DNA of 64,000 bases, taken from the NCBI GenBank assembly GCA_043228905.1, contig JBHGNT010000011.1, forward strand, positions 14,570,001 through 14,634,000. The letters run 5' to 3'. How positions within the stretch are numbered: the first letter of the stretch is position 1; every line of letters begins with the position of its first letter. This document shows positions 1-11,950 of this stretch, piece by piece. The notes beneath the pieces were generated by a model. The model made no database searches and was not told the DNA's origin. It saw nothing but the letters and a program-made list of their open reading frames with translations. Position numbers and translations under genes: made by a program. This stretch comes from Azolla caroliniana (Eukaryota > Plantae > Polypodiophyta).

Positions 1-793
1 AACTCAAAATTTCAGAGGTGGTACATGACGGTTCTATGCTCAAAGAGGCGGGTTTGATGGAGGTGGGAATACATGTATGATGTTACATTTGTGGTAAGCT
101 TGCCACTATGCAAATCAATGTTTTCATAGAAACAATCAAAAGAATAGTAATTGATACACAAGATGATGAAAAATTTACTTATCATGAGTCACATAGCAAG
201 TAATAATGCCGATCAAGATAGAAATTGGTATATTGATAGTGGATGTTCATGGTTATTTTCAGATTGGTGATGATATTAAGCATAGTATACAACACATTGG
301 TAATAGACCTTTACAAAGTGCTTATGATACAAGAAATTATTTGTTCGATGTGTTGCACGTTCCTACAATTACAGAAAATCTAATATTTGTAGGACAAGTT
401 GTAGAATGAGGGTTGCAAATAAGATTCACACATAGAGGATGCTTTGTAGAAGATCGTAGTAAAGGATTCAAATTGATTGCTAAAGAAGACAAAGAAGGTA
501 GATTGTTTACAATGGATGTTGATAGTTCAAATCCTTTTCATATGATAACAAAAAATTGCAAAAATAGATTTATGGCATAAACGAATTGGCCATGTTAACA
601 TATGTGCATAAATTGAAAAATATACAATCAAATGGTCTAGTTATTGGTTTGCCAATATTTAAGGATAAGAATATGTTATATATATGTGAAGCTTGTCAAT
701 TTGGGAAACAAGTGAGATTCTCGTTTAATAAGGAAAGTGTGAGGAGTACATATGCTTTACAATTGATACATACAAATGTAAGGGGCCCAACAA

Positions 794-1022
794 AAGAAAC
801 ATCAATTGGAGGTAATAGATATTATGTTAAATTCATTGATGATTTTACAAGGAAAGTTTGGATTTATTTTATGAAGAAAAAGTTTAATGTATTACGCTAT
901 TCAAAAATCAAGAAACATCAATTGGAGGTAATCGATATTCTGTTAAATTCATTGATGATTTTACAAGGAAAGTTTGGATTTATTTTATGAAGAATTAGTC
1001 TAATGTATTACACTATTTCAAG
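794..1022 (+). repeat. Direct duplication (~116 bp) of Copia integrase coding sequence
   Basis: aagaaacatcaattggaggtaat...tttggatttattttatgaagaa starts at both 794 and 910. Confidence 0.9.
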
Positions 1023-1024
1023 AC

Positions 1025-1643
1025 GATTCTCATGCACTCTTGTCTACGCCCTCCTCAACTTTGCTTTTTTCTTCATGTCTCTCGCTGTGAGTTTCAAAAT
1101 CATGATTTTTTAACTCCATGTTATAGAGCATGTCATTAGTTTCAATTTGCATGTTTGAACACAAAAATCCGATATCACACGAGCCATGTATGAACATTTT
1201 CATTTAGTCATGCGTTCTTGTCTACGCCCTCCTCAACTTTGCTTTTTTCTTGATGTCTCTCGCCGTGAGTTTCAAATTCATCATTTTTTAACTCCATGTT
1301 ATAGAGTGTGTCGTTAGCTTCGATTCGCACGTTTGAACACAAAAATCCGATATCACACGAGCCATGTATGAACATTTTCATTTAATCACACGCTCTTGTC
1401 TATGTCGTCCTCAACTTTGCTTTTTTCTTGATATCTCTCGCCTTGAGTTTCAAAATGATGATTTTTTAACTCCATGTTATAGAGTGCGTCGTTAGCTTCG
1501 ATTCACATGTTTGAACACAAAAATCCGATATGACACGGGCCAGGTATGAACATTTTCCGATACTCACGCGCTCTTGTTTACGATGTCCTCAACTTTGCTT
1601 TTTTGTTCATGTCTCTTGCCCTAAGTTTCAAAATCATGATATT
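1025..1643. repeat. Tandem repeat with a 178-bp unit, ~3.5 copies, inside the Copia integrase
   Basis: The anchor tgt(c/t)ta(c/t)g...tcctcaactttgctttttt recurs at 1041, 1219, 1397 and 1575, an exact 178-bp period. Confidence 0.95.
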
Positions 1644-2772
1644 CAAAAATCAAGTTTAAAAGGAGTCTAGTGCAAACATCAAAATCTCGAGGTCAGATGG
1701 AGTGCATATAATAACACCCGAAGAAGAATGGTCTACTAGAAAACCAGACTTGTCACACTTAAGAATATTTGGTTGTGTATGTTATTTTCATATACCGAGT
1801 GAATTAAGGAGTAAGTTGATGCAAAGTTTGAAAAATGTATATTTGTTGGTTATTCCTTTGATCAAAAGGGATTTGGGTGCTATAATCCAATTACAAAAGA
1901 GCTTTGAGTGAGTAGAGATGTTGTTTTTGATGAGTTAGTTTCTTGGTATGAAAATCGTAACAAGTTGTAGATACATGAATTTGGAGAAAGAAAATAACCT
2001 AAAATTCAGGACCTTCCACGATAAAGCATAACCTTGAGTGGACCAAAGTATTAAAGTAGTTCAAGTAAAAGTAATATAAGCGATTGGACTAGTAAGTTAA
2101 GAAATTCTCTAAATGCCCAAGATGGCACAAATAAAGTTAGTGGTAAAGAGAAGATAGTTGCGGATGATCAACTATAGATAGAAATGCCAAGTAGAGAATA
2201 AGGGGGAGATACTACAACTCAACCTAGAAGTTAAACAAGAGCAAGACATCTTGTCCAAAGATTAACATATGATTAATCATTTTGCTTATATGTCCCAATT
2301 GGTGAAAATAAAAGAACCATCAACATTTGGTGAAGCAATAAAAGATGACAAATGGAGATTACCAATGGATGATGAAATGCAAGCACTATTGGAAACGAAA
2401 CGTGGGTGTTAGTACCTAAGAAAGAGAATGTACACCAATTGGTTTCAAGTGGTGTATAAGGTAAATATAATTCTAATGGCTCAATTAGTAGACATAAAGT
2501 CAGACTAGTTGCTAAAGGTTATGCTTAGAAATATGGTTTAGATTATGAAGAGACATTGAGTCCAGTTGCTAGAATGTCAACAATTAGAACTATGATTGCA
2601 CTTGCAACAAGTAAAAATTGGGATTTGTACTGGTTAGATGTAAAAAATGCTCTTTTGAATGGTGATTTACAAGAGGAAATATATATTGAACAACCAAAGG
2701 GTTATGAGCATCCTAAATATCCTAGTTATGTTTGCAAGCTACAAAAAACATCGTATAGCTTAAAGACATGCT

Positions 2773-3140
2773 TGTTGGAATTGTCTTGATGATGATGTGG
2801 AGAAATTTGATAACACATGCAAAGCAATGTACTGAGGGGAGAATGGAACTATTCGATTGATCACTGATAACAGTGCACCTACAATTAATGCCCAGAAGCA
2901 CCTAGAAATTGTAGTGGATATACGGTGGCAGTATGTAGTACAGAGATGGTTGTTCCCCCCTCCCATTAGATGATAGAGGGGCGCGAATGACATGAGAAAC
3001 ATAGAGAACAAACATGTGGGCTATTGAGTGTAAGATAAATAAGTGATGTAGCCCATGTGGAAGTAGGTAATGACTAGCCGTTAAAGGGACTAAAGTTGTG
3101 TATTATATGTCATTTTAACTAATGGAGTATATTCTTATTT
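2773..3140. mobile_element. Insertion interrupting the Copia RT, possibly an LTR fragment
   Basis: RT ...CKLQKTSYSLK stops at ~2765 and resumes as QAPRVWY at ~3148. The intervening non-coding sequence begins TGTTG. Confidence 0.5.
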
Positions 3141-3649
3141 GGAAAAACAAGCACCTAGAGTATGGTATCAAAAATTAGTTGAATTCTTATCAAGTGCAAG
3201 CTCTCAAGAGCCAGATGTAGATCCATCATTGTTTGTAAAGCACAATGGAAAAAAAATGGTAATCAACTTGAACAACCTTCACAATTTATTGATTTTATCC
3301 AAACAATATTCTCCACAACCTAAACTTTGAATTATTCAATTTTTAGAGCAACCAAATAAGAAACTTTATTTGCTAATTAATGTATAACCATCCAAATGGA
3401 AATGTGATACTCGGTAAAATTTCGCAAACACTAGTTTGCAAAATTTTCCTGAATCTAGAATATGAATGATAATATGGCAACACCAATTTCAATAAAATAT
3501 AATAAAAAATCGATAATGCTTTGGGCACTATTGATACCCATCAAATCCCTAAATGTGGTTTACGGGGCAAGAAAAAACTTTTCCAAAATAGTATGTTAGG
3601 TTTCATAGCATAGAAAGCACGTATATTCAATATACTTTAGAGTGTTGTT

Positions 3650-4250
3650 GGAGATTGTATTCATATGGAGGAAAGAATATATTTTGGTCCACGAAATAAT
3701 TTCCTACCCAAAGTTGAAGACTCACACCTCATGTGTATCTTGGGCAATGTTGCCAATGTGAAGAGTCTAAGAGTTATTGATAGCTTATTACTAAATGCAT
3801 GTCTACCCTTTTGTGGTGAATGTGGATTTTGATATGTAAGATGTCTTGCATATTGAAGAGACATTGGAAGATGAAGCAAGGTTTTTCTTGACATGCAACT
3901 CATAAAATGTATATTTTGATATGTATGATCTCTTGCATCTTGAAGAGACATCGCAAGATGGAAGTACTTATTAGATATTTGGAAAGTTTTAACCAATTGT
4001 TATTTGAGGTCTCAACAATGGATTTTTTCAAGATATGTTCAAAATGGTCCAAATGATGAGCGACATATATTGTTCCAATGTTTACGATATTGGGCATTGC
4101 AACACAATTGGAATATGCGTAATGCTTTCATGTTTGATGTTAGGCAAGTCTATATGAAGAAATTGAAAGGCATTCTTATGTGGATTTTTTGGATGTTAGA
4201 GCATGTGGGGATCATTTCCTCGAGTGCATATCCAGGTTTTCCAATGGTTT
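3650..4250 (+). mobile_element. Decayed LINE 3' fragment with a C-terminal zinc-finger-like motif
   Basis: CGECG followed later by NDERHILFQCLRY resembles the CxxC..EDExHxLFxC..Y motif of LINE ORF2. There is an internal ~88-bp duplication at 3827/3915. Confidence 0.4.
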
Positions 4251-4311
4251 TAAAGGTCGTCCCTCTCCCTACATAGGCAGAGGATAGGGATAGGTAGGTA
4301 GAGGAGAGTCC

Positions 4312-4562
4312 TATAGTATGAACCATACGTGCATTCGCATTCGAGAATGGTTCAATCATTCTCGTAAGAAAAACACCCTCAACGAATGATAAATACCATA
4401 CTTTTGGATTAACTATTTATTATGAGGTAAATAAACCTAAAAAATGAAAAAAAGGGAAAAAACAAAAAAAAAACACAAGAATGTTTGAATAACATTCGCA
4501 TTCGTTTTCCAACGTAGGAAAACGAATGTCATGCCAGACGAACACGAATTTTACGTACTATG
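4312..4562 (+). mobile_element. MITE-like non-autonomous DNA transposon (family A), copy 1
   Basis: Short terminal inverted repeats (t)atagtatg...cgtactatg. A near-identical reverse-complement copy lies at 63424-63659. Confidence 0.8.
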
Positions 4563-4672
4563 GAGGAGACTAAGAAATGTTGTTAACAAGTGGATTTTAT
4601 ATACAATTAATATAATTGTGTGCTTTGACTAGGTAGAGAGAGAGAGAGAGAAAGAAAGAAAGAAAGATATAT

Positions 4673-4838
4673 TAACGTCTTCTAAGGCCAAATTTGGCCC
4701 ATGAGACAATTGGTTTACAACAAAAGAGTTTTTATCCGGTCATCATAACTAAAATACAATTAATGGAGAGAGAGAGTAACGTCTTCTAAGACCAAAATTG
4801 GCCCATGAAGGGTTTGTGTTTAGGGTTTAGGGTTTAGG
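4673..4838 (+). promoter_or_regulatory. Promoter module of the Tubby-like gene: two site II elements (GGCCCA) plus a telo-box (TTTAGGG)x3
   Basis: Duplicated aacgtcttctaag.ccaaa.ttggcccatga at ~4674 and ~4778, followed by tttagggtttagggtttaggg at ~4818-4838. A probable 5'UTR donor gag|gtaaat is at ~4990. Confidence 0.6.
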
Positions 4839-5668
4839 GAGGGAGCGAGAGAGAGTGCCATCTAATGTTGGGAGGGTTCATCGATATGTAGTTAGGGTTC
4901 ATCGATAATGTTGGAGTCAAGAAGAAAGCCCCTTTCTTCATCCTGAAGCAGCCCCCAAGAAACCATGGCAACCTAGCTATTTTTCTGAGGTAAATCAAAA
5001 TAACTCAATGAAAATCTTTTTTTCTGAGACCCTTTCACAACTTTCCCACATTGTCTTCCAAAAATGATACAATCCATTTGATTTCTCCTCTTTAATTAAG
5101 CCTTTGGATTCTGTCTAGTTTTTTTTTTTTTTTTTGGGGTGGGGGGTGGGGGGGTGGGGGGGCAATTCCCCTGCTTCTTCCTTCATCTAGTTGCTGTTCA
5201 TGTTTGGTCGGCTCTTTTTTGTCCTGTTTTGGGTTGTTGATGGACTGTTGCTATCCTTTCTTGTAATCTCATCGATTGCTTAGTTTCTTTGTTTTATCTG
5301 GGTTTTGCTTTTGTGGATCAATTGATGCTCTGTTTTTGCTTGTTGCTCAATTGACACTAATGTCCATCGTCAGCTTTCTTATCTCCTTCCATTAATGCCC
5401 TGTTTTTGTTTTGTTGATGAATCGAAATACTATATATTTCTTCTTTCATATGCGTCGTTTTTGTTCTGTCGATGACTTGATTTACTATATATATATATAT
5501 ATATATACGTATTCTTTTCATATGCTACTTGTTTTAGATGAACTGATACTCTTTTGATTTTTATACTTGTGTGTCTGCACTTTCTGATCTCGATTTATCC
5601 TCTGTCGTTGTTATTAGCAATATGTATTTTTGACATTGTTTCTTTCTGTAAGCTTTAATTCAGAAAAC

Positions 5669-8600
5669 ATGGCAAATCAAAGCTTTGATTCTCATATCTT
5701 CACATTAACAATGTCATCATCATCACATAATTGTGATCATATACAAAGAGAAGAGAAGAGTTGTTGGGCCTCTATGACTCCAGACCTTTTGAGAGACATA
5801 ATTGAGAGAGTAGAGGTGAGAGGAAAATCTTGGCCTTCTAGAAAGGATGTTATCTCATGTGCATCAGTGTGTAAATCATGGAGAAAAATCACTCAAGAGA
5901 TCGTGGAACCTCCTGAGCGATGTGCGAAATTGACATTCCCTTCATCTCTGATGCAAGTAAGTGCCCATTTTTGTGGTTTTTTTATTGCGTTTAGATTCTT
6001 ATTTGCACTTGAGTTGGAGAGGAGGCTAGAAACGTCTAGAAAGTGAAAAGATGTGGAATATCTTTTGAAGTGGCAAGAAGGCTCAGGAAGTCAATGGAAG
6101 CGAGATATCATCTAGAACTGCTAAAAGAATGTTAGTTCATGTGCTTGATTAGTGCGTAAAAAATGGAGACAGGTCATTCATGATGTTGTCAAATCTCAAG
6201 GATCGATACGGAAAAGCAAGCTAAGTTTGATTTTGGTAAATCAATTTTTTGTTGGACTCTAATTTATACTAGTGCTAAATAATTCTTGAAAGTCATAGGA
6301 TATGGAATCTTCGAAAAGTATCCTAACCCACTTAACTGTAGGTAAAGAATTTTATTGATGTACAATGTGTAAATCATGGAAGGGAGAGCACAGAGCTAGG
6401 TGTAAATTTGACATTCCCTACATTTCATACGCGTGTAAATGTCTTTTACGCCATTTTTTCCCATTTTGCACACGGATACTTATTTTGTACTAGATTTTGA
6501 GAAGGTGAAATGGTTAGAAACTTGTAGAATATGTGGGAACTTGTATCTACTGAAAGGGTCAAAGAATCAGAAAGTTAAAGAGGTATAGAAGGATCAAAGG
6601 GTCCAAAAGTCAAAGGAAGCAAAACCCTGTAAAGAAAGATATATTAACATATTTTAAGATGCCAGAATGGCCAATAAGACCAAACAAGAGAGATTACATC
6701 TTAAAATGTTGTTTTGTCGTTGAAAATATCAAACCAAAATAAATATAACAAAGGAAAACATGTAAATAAAAATAGAAGTGACAAAAGAATCCTGTCATCT
6801 ATACATGTCAGATTCTTAAGTCAGATAGACTGTATATTTTGCCTTCGAAAAATCTCTAGCATATGTTAATTCAGAATGGAGAGACCCCTGAAGTGAGAAA
6901 AGCACCTGCGATGACAGGGGGTGTTAGCCTTTTTCTGTTGATGACAATGGTGGTGAGACCATGGTCCATGAGGCCAGGGTCTACTTGCACGGAAAATTGC
7001 TATTTCCTGATCTAGAGAAGAGTCCTTGCCACCAATGTGTAAATCATGGACGGGATATCACAAAATTATGTACAGAATTGACATTCTGTACATTTCGTAA
7101 CCATGTAAATCTCTTTTATGCCATTTTATCCCACTTTGCACTAGACACTTATTTCTACTAGGTTTTGAAGAGGTGAAATGGATTAAAACTTCTAGAATAC
7201 AAGAAGTTGTAATCTACTGGAAGGGTCAAATAATCAGAAAGTCAAAGAGGTCTAGGAGGGTCAAAGGTTCCAAAAGTCAAAGAAGGCGGAACCCTAGAAA
7301 CGGGTCAAAGCATTCAAAATTTGCCAGCTTTGATTTATACGAACTTTTGAAGATGTTCAAGTTGAGTGTCTTCAACCTTCTAGAAAGGCGGAGGTTGGAA
7401 TTTGCAAGAAGGATCGAAGGATTGGAATTCATTTCCATTTTTGGAAAAAGGATATTACTTCATGTGCATCAGTGGGAAAAGCCTGGATGGAGATCAATGA
7501 AGAGGTTCTGAAACCTCCAGATGTAGAAAATGTGACATTACTTACATCTCATTAGAAAGCAGGTATATTATTTCTCATTTTGCGCTAGAATGTAATTTTT
7601 GGGCAGATTAAAAACTTTTAGGGAGGTAGGAAACTTAAAGAAAGGTCAAAGGATTAGTATTTGATGCTATTCCAAATGCACACTTGCTGGAAATAAGCAG
7701 GGTTGCTATATAGAGTAAACCATTGATGAGAACTTTGCGCTTGCAAGGTGATAGGTACCAAAATATTTTAAAGTTTAAAGAGCTTCAAGGTAGTCTGTAA
7801 GCGTCATTCCCTTGCGGATATACTTAAGAAATGGCATCCTCCTCAAAAATGAAATTCGAAAAAGATTTTCATTGGATAGAAGGACTTTGGTAGGCAAAGA
7901 TTATGAGGAATATGTTACCACATTCACATGAAAATGGTTATCAAATTTGCAAGAAAAAAACATGATAGTTGAACATTTGATCAAAAACATGATTATATTT
8001 ATGAGCCTGAACTATCAATTTCACGTAAGCGCTCATGTAATTCAGACTCATTAGATATCACCAGAATCCTTATTTTGCGTATGTGTGCCGTTGGAGTTCT
8101 CAAAGATAGCTATTAATAGCTTATATCACATGCTGATGTAAAATTATGAGGTTATAAACGGAGTGCTTCTAATAATTAGTTCTTGCATTATTAGTCAGCA
8201 ACATAATCCACATTATTCTAAAGCTAAGAACAAAATATGATGTTTTGAAGTGCGATAGTGCAATTCGTTTCTAAAGAATTATAGTGGAAAAATACCTAAT
8301 TTGCCATTTCTGTATGCAGCCTGGTCCTAGGAATTCAGTTATGTGGTGTTTTATTAAGCGGGACAGAACCACTTCAACCTATTGCTTATATCTTAGTTTG
8401 AACGGACCCAGTAAGTTATTTATTTCAATGCTTGTATTGGAAAAGTAAAATATATCACTTTGCCTTTTTGATGCTATATCAACTTAATAATTTTGAGGCA
8501 ACAATTAAAAATAAAATAAAACCGTTAAAATCTGTAATCAACTTGATAGTTTTGAGGCAACAATTAAAAATAAGATAAAACCGTTAAAATCTGTAATCAA

Positions 8601-10461
8601 CTTGATAGTTTTGAGGCAACAATTGCACAGAAGATGATATATCATTAGGATTCCACATTTCTCCTCTTAACATCTCAGGTACTCTGATTAAGAATACGTT
8701 ATTCATCCTTAGCTATATATGTATACAACTTTTCTTGCATTTGTATCAAAAAATTTGCATTTCGTACATACACTTGGGAGGTTCTCAACTTTGTCAAAAA
8801 ATATATTCTCTTGCAATGATGCTACATCAAACAAAATGTCCACCCAAGACAATTTGATCTAATATAAGAATGTATAAAAAGTTCAACGTTTCTTGAATCA
8901 TACCACATATCTGTATAGGACTTTCTGGCTTTGGATTAAACTATATATACTTTATATAAGTAAATTTCATAAAATTAGGGAGCTTTGTTATTGATATAGC
9001 ATGGGATGGGCTCTTTTCAAATTGTCCAGACCGTGGTTCTCTGTGCGTATATGTAATTGTATATATGAACTCTTTTACATAATTCTGAAAATGTTTCAGT
9101 GATGTAATGAATCATAGATTTCATGGCTGAGTCTACTTGTCACTATAGAAAAGCAATAGAAACTTGGTATATTTGTTCAAAGCTCATATGAACATTAGTA
9201 TTTGAGCTTTTGACTACACTTGAGGTCGCACTGACATGGTTAAGGAGTCCATAGCATGTAGATTTCTAGTTCATGCTATGCATGAGAATATTAATTAATG
9301 TATATTCGTTCTTGATATATCAAAATTCATGTATTTTATATGTGAATTCTTGACTAATCTGGGTTATTGGTAACATTATTAGGGATGCGATAATATCTGA
9401 TTCATGTGTTATGTTCATGTTGTAGAGGAGAATGGGAGCTAGCTTAGGACATAGTCCAGGGTCTGTGGTCAATGTTTGAGCACAGTGTGGACACACTTGG
9501 TCTTGTTGCTAGCAGATGCTATAGGATTTTGTTTATGGTATCAGAGTGATATGAAGCTACATGAATAAGAATATGGGCATACCTATATTGAAGGTAAATG
9601 TCGGGAATTTTTGTTTTTCATGAAATCTATTAGTTTCTCTTATTTGCTGTAAAATTGATTGGTTATAACCTGCTATGGGCAGTAAATTAGACATTATTTT
9701 TTCAAGAATATGAGAACATAATTTAATGTCAAAATTTACAATCATTGATATGCATGGAATCATTTATACAGGAAAAAGTTAATTTTCTTGATAGAGCTAA
9801 ACTTCTAATACAATGTGGGGCTTGACTCAAAATTAATGACTACGAGCAAGTCATCTTTATTCCAAGTTCCAACCATATAAATGAGGCCCTTATTTTTTAT
9901 TGTGGTTCCTCTCAGATTTAGCAGAGAATGGAAAGCTACTTTTGGTGGCACAGAAGTTTCAGGGAGAAACTACCCTAGAGTACATAATCTCTTTGCATGC
10001 AGACGATATGGTTTGGGGGGAAGAAACTTCTATAGGCAAATTACGGTTAGTCAATACACCAACTTATTCATTTTTATTGAGGGTTTCCTCTAAAATTAGA
10101 CGCAGCACTTTTTTTTTAACTGGTTTTCTTTATGATTAGTTGTAGCTCATTTTTGTCATTTTATCACTGTGCATGATATCGATTCTATAGGACAAATGTT
10201 TTGGGAACAGAATTTGCAATGTACAAAAGCCATCCTTCTCAGAGTTGCTGTGATACTAATACTTCGATCAGTCAGTCAAGTGAAGAGAGTGTTCGAAAAC
10301 AAAGTTTATTGGGTGTTGCTCACGTTTCATACGAGCTCAAGTCAAAGTCTAGGGGACCTAGACAGATGCGATGTACTCTTTACTCTGTGCCAGTGTCTGG
10401 TGTTGAAGAGGCTATTGCAATATGCTTAAGCAGCTTTGACAAAGATGCAGTAGACGAATAA
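5669..10461 (+). CDS. TLP: Tubby-like F-box protein (TLP), ~259 aa, with an internally deleted Tubby domain. Exons 5669-5956, 8320-8410, 9916-10045, 10191-10461
   Basis: F-box WASMTPDLLRDIIERVE..WPSRKDVISCASVCKSWR..LTFPSSLMQ|PGPR...CFIKRDRTTSTYCLYL, then ENGKLLL..EYIISL..GKLR|TNVLGTEF..GPRQMRC, ending AIAICLSSFD. The GT-AG exons sum to 780 nt in frame. Confidence 0.88.
6050..7565 (+). repeat. At least four degenerate copies of the F-box exon 3' half and adjacent intron within TLP intron 1
   Basis: Variants of tgtgtaaatcatgga...ttgacattccc at ~6150, ~6366 and ~7036. The copy at ~7448-7562 translates KDITSCASVGKAWMEINEEVLKPPD..VTLLTSH* and is followed by cag|gtatat. Confidence 0.8.
8479..8625. 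repeat. Tandem repeat, ~59-bp unit x2.5, in TLP intron 2
   Basis: tcaactt(a/g)ata(a/g)ttttgaggcaacaatt recurs at ~8479, 8538 and 8597. Confidence 0.85.
9200..9547 (+). mobile_element. Possible LTR remnant ending in an iMet primer-binding site, in TLP intron 2
   Basis: TGGTATCAGAG at 9536-9546 is the canonical plant tRNA-iMet PBS. The left boundary is not resolved. Confidence 0.35.
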
Positions 10462-10805
10462 AGAACAAATGAAAACATTACATATCTCTACAACGTACCT
10501 ATCTTTGATGGATATGTGCACTCAAAAATTATGGATAGCTTTGGCTTTTAGGGTAAATCTTTGAAATAGCTTGGCTAGCAATGAGGTCATGAACTTTCCT
10601 CCTTACAGGCAAACTCTATGTTTTGCTGTAACTTGCAAATGGATTCGTGAATAAATGATCTGAGGTGAAATAAAAAGGAACACTTAAAAAACAAGAAGAT
10701 AAATTCATCTTTTTAGGTTTCACTAGAAACATGAACTTCTTCAAATTTACATGTATACAACATACTCATAGCATTTCTAACATTCTTCAACCAGAATTGG
10801 AAAAA

Positions 10806-11950
10806 TGTTGAAAGATCTTCAAATAGTTATTGACTTGCAAATCACATCTTGATACAATGCTGTGTCTTCAACCACATTCAAGCTTACTTTTCACACACAT
10901 TTTATATCCAGACCAAGCCCAAGTCCAAGCCCTACCAACGTTGCTCTCACAATCACAATATGTATGCTCTCTCAATTGTTACATTCATTAGCAAAATCCT
11001 GAACCTCCTATAGTTACCATTCAATTCCACATACAAAATTCAAAAATGTTTTGCTTTGGGTTCGATATGTCATATTAGTGTTGTCTTTTTAACCCTAATT
11101 TGGTTATGACCATATCAATATCTAACACCCTCCCAAGTTTTCTCCATTAAAGCTTTCAATTTTCCGTTTCGTTCTCTCCCTTATGTGAAGTCCTGTGCTT
11201 AATTTGTCTCTGCTAATTTCCTCAGCATTATCCTGTTTCCACTAAAGCTTTAATTTTCTTTCCTGATATCTGTCCTTGATCCACCTTCGCTAATAATCTC
11301 TACCTCTGATTTTCCTTCATAACCTCATCATTGCCTTCAGTTGAGTTCCCCTGCACCCTTACCAAAAAAAGTTTTCATTACAAGCATTTTTCTTCTCTGT
11401 TTCTTTTCAGAAAACTTGTCCTTGAGCCATCTTCTCTAATAAATTCTCAATCTCTGATTTCCCTACATAACCTAATCATGACACTGTATTACATTTCAAT
11501 GGATGTGTGGGTGTCTTCTGTGCCAGACAGTCATTGCCTTTTCTGTGTCTTCTGTGTTTTTCCTGTTCTCCTTTTGTCAGGTAAAACAAAGGAGAAGAAT
11601 AAAGAGATGTCTCCCTTTTATTTGTTTATTTTTGTTTTCTTTAAAATTGTCGTACTTTCTAGTACTTCCTTTCTGTACCTTTGATTGTTGTCGTTGCTAC
11701 TGTGGCATCATCGTCTCAGCTCATGAAATGAGGCGTCTTAGTCACACTGTATGTATTTAAATAGAAACCCAATTGATAATCTTAGAGGTGTGCTAATCAG
11801 GCCATTAAATGCCATTAAATCCTGATTAGTGTGTAGTAATCATGTCAGTGACTGCTATTAGAGTTGATTAATGTACTAATCATGTCATTCAATTAGCTTG
11901 CTAATTGTAAGGGCATTGATCTAAGACTAAGGGAAGAGGGAGCTGATGAT
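10806..11950 (-). mobile_element. LTR retrotransposon 3' end: 322-bp LTR (10806-11127), polypurine tract and non-coding internal sequence
   Basis: The minus strand reads ...ttGGGAGGG|TGTTAGATATT...ATCTTTCAACA, a PPT immediately before TG...CA termini. The upstream limit is approximate. Confidence 0.65.

Larger units (their letters stand above)
1..3290 (+). mobile_element. Degenerate Ty1/Copia LTR retrotransposon internal region (gag zinc knuckle, protease, integrase, RT), with many stops and frameshifts
   Basis: Motifs appear in Copia order: CYICGKL..HYANQC (~80-120), WYIDSGCS protease (~226), WHKRIGH..CEACQFGKQ integrase HHCC, LIHTNVRGP..YYVKFIDDFTRKVWIYF, TPEEEWSTRKPDLSHLRIFGC, SPVARMSTIR..LDVKNALLNGDLQEEIYIEQP (RT), QAPRVWY..DPSLF. 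Confidence 0.92.

Noticed and set aside
1025-1643. CRISPR-like array
   Set aside because: The whole 178-bp unit repeats with no unique spacers. There are no cas genes and the context is eukaryotic.
4818-4838. Chromosome end, interstitial telomere or telomerase RNA template
   Set aside because: There are only three TTTAGGG units, next to site II motifs upstream of a gene. A telo-box explains this better.
6885-6930. TPP riboswitch-like words (GAGA..CCC.TGAA..CCTGCG..CAGGG)
   Set aside because: It lacks the GCTGAGA and GAACCTGA core and the P2/P3 arrangement, and the host gene is unrelated to thiamine.
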